A DNA stretch of 64,000 nt, taken from NCBI GenBank assembly GCA_028279595.1, contig JANQNK010000001.1:1-64000 (forward strand). The letters run 5' to 3'. Below are positions 8,854 to 19,081 of the stretch, piece by piece. The notes beneath the pieces were generated by a model. That model saw only the letters and a program-made list of their open reading frames with translations, did not search any database and was not told the DNA's origin. Positions within the stretch are counted from its first letter, which is position 1; each line of letters opens with the position of its first letter. The translations under genes were made by a program, and so were the position numbers. This stretch comes from Thermoplasmatota archaeon (GTDB lineage Archaea; Thermoplasmatota; JAKEGO01).

Positions 8854-10962
8854 ATCCTTCTTCCAGAATGTCGTTAGCTCTGCCATCGGGTCCGCCGACA
8901 GTCTCAATCCCGGGATCTCCTTGGTGTAGTGATTTGCCCTCTTATCGAGGATCATGGCGACACCTCGGTCCTCCTCCGACCGGATGAGCCGACCAATGGC
9001 CTGCCTTATCTTCCTCCCCGCTGGAGCATGGATCGTGTATTCGAACCCACGACCGAACTTGATGTCGTAGTAATGCTGCAAGGCTCTCTGTCTCGCCGTC
9101 GGCTTCGGGAACGGCATTCCTACGATGACCACCATCTCGAGTTGCTCACCGGGGAAGTCCATACCCTCGCCGATGCGGCCGCCCATCACACCGAAGAGAA
9201 CCGGTTTCTTCGTGGAGATCGTCGGGCCTTCGGTCTCGGGGACTGCTACCTTGTCCACGGCGTCGGGGTCAGGGATGGCCTTCTTGTACTTGTTGACAAG
9301 GGTCATGAACTCGGCCTGAGACATTCCCTGCCTCTCGACGAACATCGGCCTCTTGACGCGGGCCGTCAGGCCGGAGTCCAGGAACTCGTTCATTAGGCGG
9401 TACGAGGGGAAGAAGACGGCGGAGGAACGGTCGACATTCCCGAGCCAGGTCAGAAGGTAGTTCATCATCCTAGCCCTGTTGTCATGGTCGAACCTGATCT
9501 CCTCGTATCTTGTGGTGACGTCGTTGATGTAGCCGACCTTCAGGTTCTTCGCGGGGAAGGGTGACGGTACGATCAGCAACGGGGTCTCATCAGGAAGCCC
9601 TATCGAATCCCTGTACTCGTCGAGCGGACGGAGCGTTCCGGACATGTGTACGGACGAGTGGAACGCGTTCACTGCTCCCGTCACCCTCGCCGGGTCCATG
9701 CAGAAGGCCTCAATCGCAGGGTTCGGTCCGCCGATGACGAGCTGCATGTAGTCCTCCTCCATCATCTCCCGCCAGAACGTGAGGAAGTTGGAGAGGTTGA
9801 AGAGGTACGACCTGGGCAATCTTCCGGCAGCCCTCTTGGCATCACGGATGGCTGAGCCATGTCGATGTAGGTCCGTGAGTATCTCGCCGACCCTGAGGCT
9901 CGTCACTCCGAGCCTGGACATGAGCTCCGTACCGACCTCGTACGGAGGCAGTGCGCCATCGTCCTCGTAGACGTACTCCTCGACGAGGTCGGTGATGATC
10001 TCCCTCAGTATCGCGATGAACTTGACAGCCTTCGTCTCCTCGGCAAGGAGCGGGTCCTTTGCCGACCTGGCCTCGGCGTCGCATCGGTCCAGCGAGGCCA
10101 TGGAAAGGGAAGCGGATGCGAGGTCCCGGGCGAAATCCGGAAGATTGTGAGCCTCGTCCACCACCAGCACGATGGTGTCGAGGGTGCCCATCATGCTCTC
10201 CATCCTGCGGCGCATGAACGGATGGAATGCGAAGTTGTACGGGACCACCGTGACGTCGGCCTCCGGGATCAACCTCTTTGCGGCCTCGTAGGCGCATATC
10301 CCGCGGGAGTGACACTCCTCAGAGAACCGTTCAGCAGTGGGGTGCTCCGACCACACCCATTCTGCGAGGGCGTTGATGTCGTGGTCGAGGAGCCCGGCGA
10401 AGTATCCGCAGGGTTTGATGCCCCGTCTCTGCTCGATCCGGTCCCGCCGCCTCTGCTCCTTGGAAGGACGGTCGTCGGACATCAGCAGGTCAGCCAGGCC
10501 GACACGGGACTCCGCCTCGAGGACCTCCTCGTCTATCGTCCTGGAAAGGGTGCTCTCCCTTTCACGCGCAAGCCTGGCCTCCCTGATGGCGGCCTTCTTC
10601 CTGTCCGCACACAGCAGAGTATGCTCCTCCGGGGTCGACGACTTCAGTTCCATGTCGTCCTTGGCCAGAAGGCAGAGGTTCCTCCTTCCCTGCAGGGCGA
10701 TGACGCGAATAGGTCTCTTCTCGGAGATCGCCCGGGCCTCTGCTATCACCTGTTTCTGCTGGGCGTTCGTCCTGGTGGAATAGAGTACCTTGAGCCCCTT
10801 GTCGAGGGTTACGTCGAGTATCCCCGCAAGGGCGGAGACCGTCTTCCCCGTCCCCGTCGAGGCCTCGATGACGACCGCCCTCTCCTCCTCTACCACCGAG
10901 CGGATCGCGTCGACAATGGCCATCTGTCCGTCCCTCGGAGGATACGGGAATATTTCGGACAT
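8842..10962 (-). CDS. xpd: XPD/Rad3-family FeS ATP-dependent DNA helicase
   Basis: Walker A EASTGTGKT, DEAH box, SGTL, EGMDF, QAIGRLIR; FeS cysteines C97/C118/C185/C223. Confidence 0.92.
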   Translation of the reverse strand: MSEIFPYPPRDGQMAIVDAIRSVVEEERAVVIEASTGTGKTVSALAGILDVTLDKGLKVLYSTRTNAQQKQVIAEARAISEKRPIRVIALQGRRNLCLLAKDDMELKSSTPEEHTLLCADRKKAAIREARLARERESTLSRTIDEEVLEAESRVGLADLLMSDDRPSKEQRRRDRIEQRRGIKPCGYFAGLLDHDINALAEWVWSEHPTAERFSEECHSRGICAYEAAKRLIPEADVTVVPYNFAFHPFMRRRMESMMGTLDTIVLVVDEAHNLPDFARDLASASLSMASLDRCDAEARSAKDPLLAEETKAVKFIAILREIITDLVEEYVYEDDGALPPYEVGTELMSRLGVTSLRVGEILTDLHRHGSAIRDAKRAAGRLPRSYLFNLSNFLTFWREMMEEDYMQLVIGGPNPAIEAFCMDPARVTGAVNAFHSSVHMSGTLRPLDEYRDSIGLPDETPLLIVPSPFPAKNLKVGYINDVTTRYEEIRFDHDNRARMMNYLLTWLGNVDRSSAVFFPSYRLMNEFLDSGLTARVKRPMFVERQGMSQAEFMTLVNKYKKAIPDPDAVDKVAVPETEGPTISTKKPVLFGVMGGRIGEGMDFPGEQLEMVVIVGMPFPKPTARQRALQHYYDIKFGRGFEYTIHAPAGRKIRQAIGRLIRSEEDRGVAMILDKRANHYTKEIPGLRLSADPMAELTTFWKKDSTL

Positions 10963-11023
10963 CGGCCTTGCCAGTGGGCCAGTCGGTATTAAGGCTTTGT
11001 TAGAACGGTGAAAGTGAACGTGT

Positions 11024-12751
11024 CTATCGTGCAGATCCGGCGACCCTCTCGTTGAGGTACATCTGGACGGCCGTGTCGATTACAGAACGTGTCTCGTCCG
11101 AGAGTGCCACGGCGGACAGCACCTCATCGAGTCCGGGGCCTGGCAGGCACCAGTAGGAAGGTATGTAGGTCCCCTCGAACGGCGCGTCGTCCGGGATCTC
11201 GACGAGTGCGCGGAGGAATACCAGGAGCCGAGTAGTTCCGTAGACCCTGCGGCTGTAGTACGGGGCTCCCCTGGGTATCAGGTCCATGTCCCGGCCGAGG
11301 GCCTCCATCGCCCGTCCGGTCACGCCGAAAAGAACGGATGTCCTGCGCTGCAGCGCCTTCATCACCGTGGGCCCCCCGTCCACCGTCGCAGTCTGCCTGA
11401 GGTACGAGAGTATCGCTGCCGAGATGACGTCCCTGTCGGTGTCGAAGTCCTTCCTGCTGACGGAATCGACCAGGGCGTCGAGGCCTCCCGACACCGCCTC
11501 TCCGAGGTCCCGACTCGATATTATCGACGCCGTCGAGTACATCGAATCCTCCAGCGCCTTCACCAGCGGAGATTGGTCGTAGAGGAACGCCGGGCGGTAC
11601 TCTGGATGGATCGCCTCCTCGTCCACGAGGAGGTCCGGCGACAGTGTGTTCGGGATCGATATATTGGCCGTTACCCTTCCGCCGGTCAGTCTGGTCATCC
11701 CTGCCTCGAGCTCCCGTGCGCGACCGTTCTCGAAGACCTTGATGAGGTTGAATATCGTCGACCTGCCGAGGGTCATGAGGCGTCTTTCAGGCCACGGCTT
11801 GAGCCTGTCGATGGCCACCATCGCCCGCCTGACATGCTTGTTCGACACGATCTCCCTGATCGCGTCGTCGGAGCTAGAGCCCACGTGGAAGTGTCCGTCG
11901 ATCCCGTTGATGAATAGCGCCCTGACGGCCCTCCTCGGCTCGTCCACACTCTCCAGGGCCTGCTCGAGTGCTGCGATGAGAAGTGACTCGGCCGACCGTG
12001 ACAGCGGATCGTGGTAGATCGTCCTGTAGGCAGCGAACCTCGCGGCCAGGATTATCTCGATCCCTCGGATGGCGTCACCGCGAACCACTATCCAGTCCCT
12101 TCCCGCCTTCTTTCCAGCGTACATCGACCTCTCGACCACGGACCTGAACAGTGTGCCCAGGTCCCGTCCGAAGGGGATGCCGGAGTAGTGAGCGTCCCTT
12201 ATCAGGTAGTCCATCCTGTCTGCGTCGACGTCGGAAGAGAGTATGGATGAAAGGATGCCAGCCTCCCCCGAGATTATCCTGAAGACGTCCGGAGCGAGGT
12301 CAGGGGTGATCTCGGAAAGTTCCGAACCCACGAACTCGAGGGTGAAGTCCTCGTGACCCCGCGCCGGTCTCCACCCGTGGCGGACGAGCTCCCCTCCATC
12401 GACGTGGAAGATATCGACGTCCGGACTCCACGACGGGTTACGGCGCAGAAGGATCTCCATGGCGTGGGAGAACGGGCCGTGGCCGACGTCGTGGACCAGG
12501 GCGGCCATGCGAACCGCGGCCAGCCCCTCCTTGTCCTTGACGAGACGTTTGTGCATGAGGGACGCCCAGTAGAGGACACCGAAGGAATGCTCGGCCCTCG
12601 TATGTGTGGACCTAGGATAACGCAGATAGGTGAAACCGTTCTGCTTGACCGAACCCAGACGGCGGAACCTGGCGCCCTCCGTCACGGTCCTCTCGGTATC
12701 ATCGAGGGCTATCCTCGCGTTCAGAACGGGGTCCAGGACCGATTCGGGCAC
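11024..12751 (-). CDS. HD-superfamily phosphohydrolase (SAMHD1/dNTPase-like, COG1078) with C-terminal extension
   Basis: RLGSVKQ, HTRAEHSFGV, HDVGHGPFSH and DADRMDYLIRD motifs. Confidence 0.85.
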   Translation of the reverse strand: MPESVLDPVLNARIALDDTERTVTEGARFRRLGSVKQNGFTYLRYPRSTHTRAEHSFGVLYWASLMHKRLVKDKEGLAAVRMAALVHDVGHGPFSHAMEILLRRNPSWSPDVDIFHVDGGELVRHGWRPARGHEDFTLEFVGSELSEITPDLAPDVFRIISGEAGILSSILSSDVDADRMDYLIRDAHYSGIPFGRDLGTLFRSVVERSMYAGKKAGRDWIVVRGDAIRGIEIILAARFAAYRTIYHDPLSRSAESLLIAALEQALESVDEPRRAVRALFINGIDGHFHVGSSSDDAIREIVSNKHVRRAMVAIDRLKPWPERRLMTLGRSTIFNLIKVFENGRARELEAGMTRLTGGRVTANISIPNTLSPDLLVDEEAIHPEYRPAFLYDQSPLVKALEDSMYSTASIISSRDLGEAVSGGLDALVDSVSRKDFDTDRDVISAAILSYLRQTATVDGGPTVMKALQRRTSVLFGVTGRAMEALGRDMDLIPRGAPYYSRRVYGTTRLLVFLRALVEIPDDAPFEGTYIPSYWCLPGPGLDEVLSAVALSDETRSVIDTAVQMYLNERVAGSAR

Positions 12752-12825
12752 GGCCAGGATAATCGGCTCACGATAGATAATCCTGTGGGAAACGTTTAAT
12801 TAACTTGCTGGACAATTCTACTGGC

Positions 12826-14109
12826 ATGAACGTCTGCCCCGAGTGCTACTATACTGGCAACACCGGAGTCTGTCCGGAGTGCGGCAGCGAGATGATCCCG
12901 TATCTCGATGACGCCCACGATTTCGAGGAGTTCAGGCGTCCCCGCGAACGCCGTGTCATCTCCCGGCACGGGGGCACGATCATAAGGGTCGTGACGGTAC
13001 TGGTGATCCTCATGCTCCTTTGGTTCTACACTGGAGGCAACATCATGGAGGCGTTCCTCCCCCAGAGCGGTCGGGTCTTCCCGGAGGACACCGAGTTCAC
13101 TGTCAAGAAGTCAATAATCCTCACATCGGAAGCGGACGGTTCGGATATGACCTATGACCTCTACCTTCCCGAGGACAACGATTACCAGGAGGTCCTGGAC
13201 ATCGAGATATCGCCACCGGGTACTATGGACCCCGGCAATTCCCTTCACATTGAATGGGAGTATGACAACGTCCCGAACGGCCAGTCCCGAAGGATCGAGC
13301 TCAATTACACCATCAAGACCAAGGCGAAGAAGCAGAAGATGGACTCATCGGACTCCGGGACCATCGGAGACATTCCCCAGAACTACATCGATTCATACAT
13401 AGCCCCATCGCGTCCCGAGACGGGAGCGCCCGACAACGCGATCAACGGCCAGCAGTGGTGGAACGATGACCAGAACGTCTGGACCATCGATCCGATGAAC
13501 CCAGAGGTCCAGCTCAAGGCAACCGAGCTCGGTCAGGGGAAGGTCAATGTCTACGATCTCGTCAAGGCCGTCTACGACTGGACCAGGGACAGATGGTCCT
13601 ACTCGACAGCGGGCGGCAACCTGAAGACCTGCCAGGAGATGCTCAACTCCGAATCCGGCGACTGCGACGACCAGTCCGTAGTGATGATCTCGGTACTTCG
13701 CGCCATGGGCATACCAGCCTGGCTGGAGCTCGGTGTCCTCTACAACAAGGACGCAAACAGCTGGGGCGGTCATGGGTGGGCCAATGTGGTAATCCCGAAG
13801 GGGAGCTCCCATATCATCGGTCAGATCGATGTCGTCAACGACGAGTTCCTGTTCCGCGACCCCTGGCGATTCACCGAATACATCGACGACGGCGACGGTT
13901 ACGATCTCCACGAATACTACACTGTCTTTCACGTGAGCGGCGGGGACGGCAACTTCGAGGTCAAGTATCATACTGTGGCCTACGAGGAGGACGGCGAGAT
14001 ATGGCTCGACAAGACCACGCCGTTCGTCGGCACCGAGGGTCTGGTCATCGCAGTTGCCGTTGTTGCGCTTGTCTACAGGAGAAAGCAGAGGATACAACAG
14101 GCTGATTAG
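12826..14109 (+). CDS. Transglutaminase-like protein with N-terminal Zn ribbon, TM helix and C-terminal sorting-like anchor
   Basis: CPEC..CPEC; TM; GDCDD (Cys), GHGW (His), QID (Asp) triad; tail TPFVG-TM-RRKQR. ATG 12826 is preferred over TTG 12805. Confidence 0.85.
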   Translation: MNVCPECYYTGNTGVCPECGSEMIPYLDDAHDFEEFRRPRERRVISRHGGTIIRVVTVLVILMLLWFYTGGNIMEAFLPQSGRVFPEDTEFTVKKSIILTSEADGSDMTYDLYLPEDNDYQEVLDIEISPPGTMDPGNSLHIEWEYDNVPNGQSRRIELNYTIKTKAKKQKMDSSDSGTIGDIPQNYIDSYIAPSRPETGAPDNAINGQQWWNDDQNVWTIDPMNPEVQLKATELGQGKVNVYDLVKAVYDWTRDRWSYSTAGGNLKTCQEMLNSESGDCDDQSVVMISVLRAMGIPAWLELGVLYNKDANSWGGHGWANVVIPKGSSHIIGQIDVVNDEFLFRDPWRFTEYIDDGDGYDLHEYYTVFHVSGGDGNFEVKYHTVAYEEDGEIWLDKTTPFVGTEGLVIAVAVVALVYRRKQRIQQAD

Positions 14110-14173
14110 ACCGTCGTCTGAGGGCTGTTAAGAGGGTAGGGCTCCGACCTACTGAGTGCCTTTTCTGGTATCC

Positions 14174-15556
14174 TCACCTTCGGAACCTGTTCTTCCTGGC
14201 CTCGGCAGTGATGAAGATCGCAAAGACCGCTGTCAACGCAACCATTACGCCGAACTCCGGTACCTGCTCGGGAGCGTCGTTGTCGGTCCTGTTGGTCTGA
14301 GGTCTCTGGTCCGTCTCGTTGCCAGGTCCGTCTATCGGATAGGGATCGTCCGCGATACCGTCTCCGTTGTCATCAGTATTGTTGTGATCGTTCCAGTGGT
14401 TACCGGCAGTGTCGTTCTGCCACCAGTTGTTGCCATCGTCGTATCCCTGTGAGGATGTCCCGTTGTTGTTGTGGAAATTGTTGTAGTATACCCAGATGTA
14501 GGTGGCCATGTTCAGCATCACGCCATAGTTCGAGTTGTTGAATATCTCGTTGTGATAGATCTCCGACCAATTCGAGGACGTGTACTGGACACCGGGTCCG
14601 GTGTTCTGATAGAAGCTGTTGTTGAACGTGTCGATGGAGTCCGAGTTCATCACCTGGAGTCCACCGCCCGTGTTCAAGAAGACGTCGTTGTATTCAACGG
14701 TCATGTTGTCTGAATCGCCGATATATATCCCATCATCACCATTCATGTATACGTCGTTGCGGGCGATCTGCGAGTTCTTGGTATAGATGAAGTAGATTCC
14801 AGTGAACGTCTGGCCGTAGACCTGATTGTCCCTGACCGTGATGTTGTCGAACTGCCACTTCCGGCCCCCGATCAGATAGAAGTCCACGCCATACGTGTTG
14901 TACATTATCGAATTACCCTCGATCGATATGTTGTTCTGCGTGCCATCTCCTCTGATACCATCGTTCTCCTTGCCTCCCCGCCTGGTATTGTTGTAGATCC
15001 AGTTCATGTGGATATCGATGAATTCGGTATTGTAGAGATAGACGCCGTCGCCATTGAATCCGATATGACAATCGTACACGAAGATGTCCGAACAGTTCGA
15101 GATCCAGATCCCCGTCTGGTTGTTGTCCATGACCCAGCACATCTCGATACGGCCGTTCATGGAACCTGCACCGCCGGAGCCCGTGAAATTGACACCAAAG
15201 TCGCCGTTCGTGATGTTCATGCTCATCAATGTCACATTCGTGGCGGTCACGTCGAACACGGTCCCCGATCCACCGCCGTCTACGATGGTCTCCATGGACC
15301 CGTTGCCGATGATCGTTACCGATTTGTTGACGATCACGTTCTCCGAGAAAGTCCCATTGTACACATAGATGGTATCGCCATCATCCGCTGCGTCTATCGC
15401 ACTCTGGATGTCCTGGAAGTCCGTCTGCGAGTGCATCTCGTCATCCACGATCCAGACCGCTGCCCCCGCTGTGCCGACGGTCAGCATTCCCACAACAAGC
15501 ATTACCACCATACTCAAGCATGTGCTACGCATCAAGATCCCTCTGCGAATTGACAT
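14174..15556 (-). CDS. Parallel beta-helix (NosD-like) protein with PEF-CTERM sorting signal
   Basis: WIVDDE..DFQDIQSAID, GNHWND..DGIADDPY, tail VPEFG-TM-RKNRFRR; GC-rich codons. Start may be ATG 15532. Confidence 0.88.
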   Translation of the reverse strand: MSIRRGILMRSTCLSMVVMLVVGMLTVGTAGAAVWIVDDEMHSQTDFQDIQSAIDAADDGDTIYVYNGTFSENVIVNKSVTIIGNGSMETIVDGGGSGTVFDVTATNVTLMSMNITNGDFGVNFTGSGGAGSMNGRIEMCWVMDNNQTGIWISNCSDIFVYDCHIGFNGDGVYLYNTEFIDIHMNWIYNNTRRGGKENDGIRGDGTQNNISIEGNSIMYNTYGVDFYLIGGRKWQFDNITVRDNQVYGQTFTGIYFIYTKNSQIARNDVYMNGDDGIYIGDSDNMTVEYNDVFLNTGGGLQVMNSDSIDTFNNSFYQNTGPGVQYTSSNWSEIYHNEIFNNSNYGVMLNMATYIWVYYNNFHNNNGTSSQGYDDGNNWWQNDTAGNHWNDHNNTDDNGDGIADDPYPIDGPGNETDQRPQTNRTDNDAPEQVPEFGVMVALTAVFAIFITAEARKNRFRR

Positions 15557-15598
15557 GATGTACGGGGTTTTTAAATATTCTTAATTCCCGGGGCGCCA

Positions 15599-16327
15599 TC
15601 ACTCCCTGAACATGTCCACCAGCTGCTCCGCGTCCTCGAGCATCGTGATGTTGTTGAAGATCACATGGCCAGTGGCCCCTTCGATGGTGCCGAGCAGTGA
15701 TCGGATGTCGTCCTTCGTGTAGTTGTAGTAATAGGGGCGCTCTCCGGGTGGCGAACCGTTCAGTCTGAAGTATATCTCACCCTCGGTCACCGGATTACGT
15801 GCGAACGGATCGACGGCGTGGATGACATCGAGCCCCTCCAATGCACCTGTGACGTCGGCTGTTGTCCATCCCCGTGGCTCCCAGGCGCACCTCTGCTCCT
15901 CCGAGGCCATCTCCATGAAGGCCCTGAGGTTCTGGACGTTATCCTCCGTCGCGTCGAACGACGGAGGGGTCTGGAACAGGATAACTGATGCATCCAGGGC
16001 ATCCGCGAACTCGGAGAGCTCCGCCCACCCCTCAAGCACCTCCTTCGACATCCTGAAATGGCCGTATCGGGACTTCTTCCTCGGCCCAACCTTGATGCCT
16101 GCTCGGGCATATGAGGGGCTGGTGGCCGGATGCGTGATCCCCTGCCACGCCTTGACGGTGAAGTCGAAGTTCACGGGCGCCCTGCTCCTCATCGTCTCTG
16201 CCGACTCGATCTTGGGTATCTTGAGAAATGTCTTCTGGACCTCCACGGTCTCCAGCTGTCTGTAATAGGCCTCCCGCCTTATCGGGAACCCGGAGGTTCC
16301 CACCAACGGCCCCGCCTGGCCTCGCAT
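15599..16327 (-). CDS. DUF72 (YecE/UPF0759) family protein
   Basis: VGTSGF, VEVQKTF, FTVKAWQGITH, LFQTPPSF, WEPRG, YFRL motifs. Confidence 0.88.
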   Translation of the reverse strand: MRGQAGPLVGTSGFPIRREAYYRQLETVEVQKTFLKIPKIESAETMRSRAPVNFDFTVKAWQGITHPATSPSYARAGIKVGPRKKSRYGHFRMSKEVLEGWAELSEFADALDASVILFQTPPSFDATEDNVQNLRAFMEMASEEQRCAWEPRGWTTADVTGALEGLDVIHAVDPFARNPVTEGEIYFRLNGSPPGERPYYYNYTKDDIRSLLGTIEGATGHVIFNNITMLEDAEQLVDMFRE

Positions 16328-16386
16328 GCAGCCCAATCGTCAGGCGAGGGATAAATATATTGTGGTCCGGTCCGTTCGAGGCCGTG

Positions 16387-17214
16387 ATGAAGGTCCTCGT
16401 GAGGGCGCTCAAGGACGACGCCAGCGTCAACATCGCCGACAAACTCGTCTCCATCAGGGAGTTCGAGGAAGAGGGTGAGTTCGAGGGCTACCCGGTATCG
16501 AGATGGAACGATTGGCATCTCGTTACGACACCGGAATACCATATCGACAACGAGCACCTCGACCGGAGGATATCTAATACCTTGGGGGATGACGTGGAAC
16601 TCATGGTGTTCCTCTCCAGGCACAGGAGCGAGAGCGGCGCCAGGTCGCTGACCGTCCACCCTCCCGGGAATCCTGCCTCGGCGGACCTCGGTGGTGTTCC
16701 GAAGACGTTGGTCCCCTCTGCCCCTCACGAGATGACGGCTGCCCTTCGGAATCTGGTCGGGACAGCAGAAGGGCTCGACTACGCGGTCACCTTCGAGGTG
16801 ACCCATCACGGTCCATCCCTCGAGGCCCCGACGCTCTTCATCGAGATCGGCTCGTCAGAGGCCGAATGGAACGACCCCGAGGCGGGCAAGGCCGTCGCGG
16901 AAGCGGTCTCCGGAATTATGGGCGGCATCGACCTATCGACCACAACGCTTATCGGCATCGGCGGAGGCCACTACGCCCCCAGGTTCACCGAGATAGTACA
17001 GGGGTACAATGCGTCCGTCGGACACATGATCCCGACCTACCACGTGGACAACATCGACGCTCCGCTCATCCTCCAGGCCATGGAGAAGACCGGCGCTGAC
17101 GGCGCCTACCTTCACAGGAAATCGATGAGGTCAGAACCCCGCAGGAGAATCATAGGATTGCTCGAGGACCTCGGGATCAAGGTCTACCGCGCCTCCGACC
17201 TCGAACCGCTGTGA
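16387..17214 (+). CDS. dtdA: D-aminoacyl-tRNA deacylase (archaeal DTD2/GEK1 type)
   Basis: SRHRS, LTVHPPGN, EVTHHGP, FIEIGS, GGGHYAP motifs; start at MKVLVR after a TATA at ~16351. Confidence 0.92.
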   Translation: MKVLVRALKDDASVNIADKLVSIREFEEEGEFEGYPVSRWNDWHLVTTPEYHIDNEHLDRRISNTLGDDVELMVFLSRHRSESGARSLTVHPPGNPASADLGGVPKTLVPSAPHEMTAALRNLVGTAEGLDYAVTFEVTHHGPSLEAPTLFIEIGSSEAEWNDPEAGKAVAEAVSGIMGGIDLSTTTLIGIGGGHYAPRFTEIVQGYNASVGHMIPTYHVDNIDAPLILQAMEKTGADGAYLHRKSMRSEPRRRIIGLLEDLGIKVYRASDLEPL

Positions 17215-19030
17215 CGGCGACCAGTGCCAAGGTCATCAGGACCAGATCGAAGCCGGGGATGCCATCGTCGTTACCACTGTCACTGGTTCCCGTCTCAGCG
17301 ATGTTATCGACCGTCACTGTGATGGAGGCCGTGACGTCGGCTCCCTCATCATGGCCCATACGAGCGGTTATGATATGGGGTCCGTCCTCCACGGAGGCGG
17401 TATCCCAGACAAAGGTCCAGCTCTCGGTTCCGACAGCCTCGGACCAGCCCCCACCGTCAAAGGAGACCTCGACCAGCTCCACCACGCCGGGGGACGATGC
17501 GGTACCCGAGATCGTGATCGTACCCTCGACCGTTGCTCCCTCCACAGGCCCCTCTACAGAGACCCATGCCCAGGTACCTGAACCACCGATGCCGATGGTG
17601 GCGATCCCCGCATCTATGTGCCCCCCGTTGAAGCTCTCGTCGTAGGTATCGTCCGAGACCGGGAAGTCCGAGGAGTTCGTGTATCCGACCATCGAGAAAC
17701 CGCTTTCCGATCGGACGAGGCCGGTAGCACCGTCGGTCCCGTTCCGTCCGACGAAGGTCGAATGGTACAGCCCGTCTGGTCCTGGCCTCAGGGTCAGGAA
17801 GACCATGTCGGACTTGCCCTCCATCCACCTGTCCGTCGCATCCTCCGTGGTCGGGAAATCGGTCGAGAAAGAACGTCCGACAACGTGGGCGGCCCCCATG
17901 CTGTGGACCACTGCGCCCGCCTCGTCGGCCTCGGTCCCCCCGATGTAGGTCGAGTAGACCAGGTCCGAGCCTTCCTGCGATATGGCCGACACCGTGAAGT
18001 CCCTGTCATCGTTCGTCCCCGTCAGCGCGTCGGAGTAGGCGTCCGACGTGGTCGGGAAGTCCTCCGACAGCGAATATCCAGCAACCCAGATCGGGCCGTC
18101 CGCAGATCGCGATATCCCGTTCGGAACATCTGCCGCGGACCCGCCGAGGAACGTGGAGAAGACCAGGTCCGATCCATCCGCATTCAACTCCAGGATGAAG
18201 TAATCCCTCCCTCCGTTGTGTATCGTGTCGTAGGCGCCGGTCGTGGTAGGGAAATCGTTCGAGGTAGTGTCCCCGGTCATGGCGGCATGCCCGTTGCCGT
18301 CGATCACGATATCCCTTGCACCCTCGTAGTCCCATCCTCCGAAGTAGGTGGAATAGACAAGGTCGGAACCCTCCTCATTGAGCTTGAAGGCGAATCCGTC
18401 CCACCCCGCAGCATAGTATGTCCTGTCATAAGCCCCCTCCGTCGTCGGGAAGTTCGGCGAGTTGGTATGGCCCGCGACGTAGGCCATTCCCGATCCATCG
18501 ACCGCCACGCCGGCGTATCCCACCTCGTACTGGACTCCCCCCACGAAGGTCGAGTATTCCAGGTCAGACCCGTCGGTGGCCAGCTTGAACACGACTACAT
18601 CGCTGTCTCCTGCGTGTGCCTCTTGATAGGCTCCGGACGTGGTCGGGAAATCGGTGGAATCCGTCCTTCCGGTCACGAAGACGTACCCGTCATGGTCGAC
18701 CTCGATCCCGTAGGCGAGGTCGTTGTCGCCGCCACCCACGTATGTCGCCCAGACAAGCTCCCCGCAATCGTCGGTGAGTTTCGCGACGAAGATGTCCCTG
18801 ATCCCGTTGAAGGTCGTATCGAAGGCCCCGTCGGTGACCGGGAAGTCCTCCGAATAGGTGTCCCCAGCCACATAGATGTGGCCGTCGTCGTCCGCAGCGA
18901 TCACTATCCCGTTGTCGGAGTTCGCTCCCCCGAGGAACGTCGCACCCTCGAGTCCATAGTCGCCGGATGCGGCCGGCATAGCTGAGATCGAAAGAACGAC
19001 AACCAGTAGTACCAGCATCAACAGCTTCAT
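17177..19030 (-). CDS. SBBP beta-propeller repeat surface protein with Ig-like domain and PGF-CTERM
   Basis: Signal peptide; about 7 repeats of Y.AG.T.S.DFPTT.GAYD / L.YSTY.GG; tail IPGF-TM-RGRRR. Confidence 0.85.
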   Translation of the reverse strand: MKLLMLVLLVVVLSISAMPAASGDYGLEGATFLGGANSDNGIVIAADDDGHIYVAGDTYSEDFPVTDGAFDTTFNGIRDIFVAKLTDDCGELVWATYVGGGDNDLAYGIEVDHDGYVFVTGRTDSTDFPTTSGAYQEAHAGDSDVVVFKLATDGSDLEYSTFVGGVQYEVGYAGVAVDGSGMAYVAGHTNSPNFPTTEGAYDRTYYAAGWDGFAFKLNEEGSDLVYSTYFGGWDYEGARDIVIDGNGHAAMTGDTTSNDFPTTTGAYDTIHNGGRDYFILELNADGSDLVFSTFLGGSAADVPNGISRSADGPIWVAGYSLSEDFPTTSDAYSDALTGTNDDRDFTVSAISQEGSDLVYSTYIGGTEADEAGAVVHSMGAAHVVGRSFSTDFPTTEDATDRWMEGKSDMVFLTLRPGPDGLYHSTFVGRNGTDGATGLVRSESGFSMVGYTNSSDFPVSDDTYDESFNGGHIDAGIATIGIGGSGTWAWVSVEGPVEGATVEGTITISGTASSPGVVELVEVSFDGGGWSEAVGTESWTFVWDTASVEDGPHIITARMGHDEGADVTASITVTVDNIAETGTSDSGNDDGIPGFDLVLMTLALVAVTAVRGRRRGRP

Positions 19031-19081
19031 TCGGATCTCCCCGTTTCAGATAGAACTTGGATTAGATAACACTGTCTGCGC

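Noticed and set aside
17650-18930. Recurrent GTCGGGAAGT/GGGAAATCG DNA motifs
   Set aside because: They encode the DFPTT protein repeats of the SBBP propeller; not an independent DNA repeat or a DGR.
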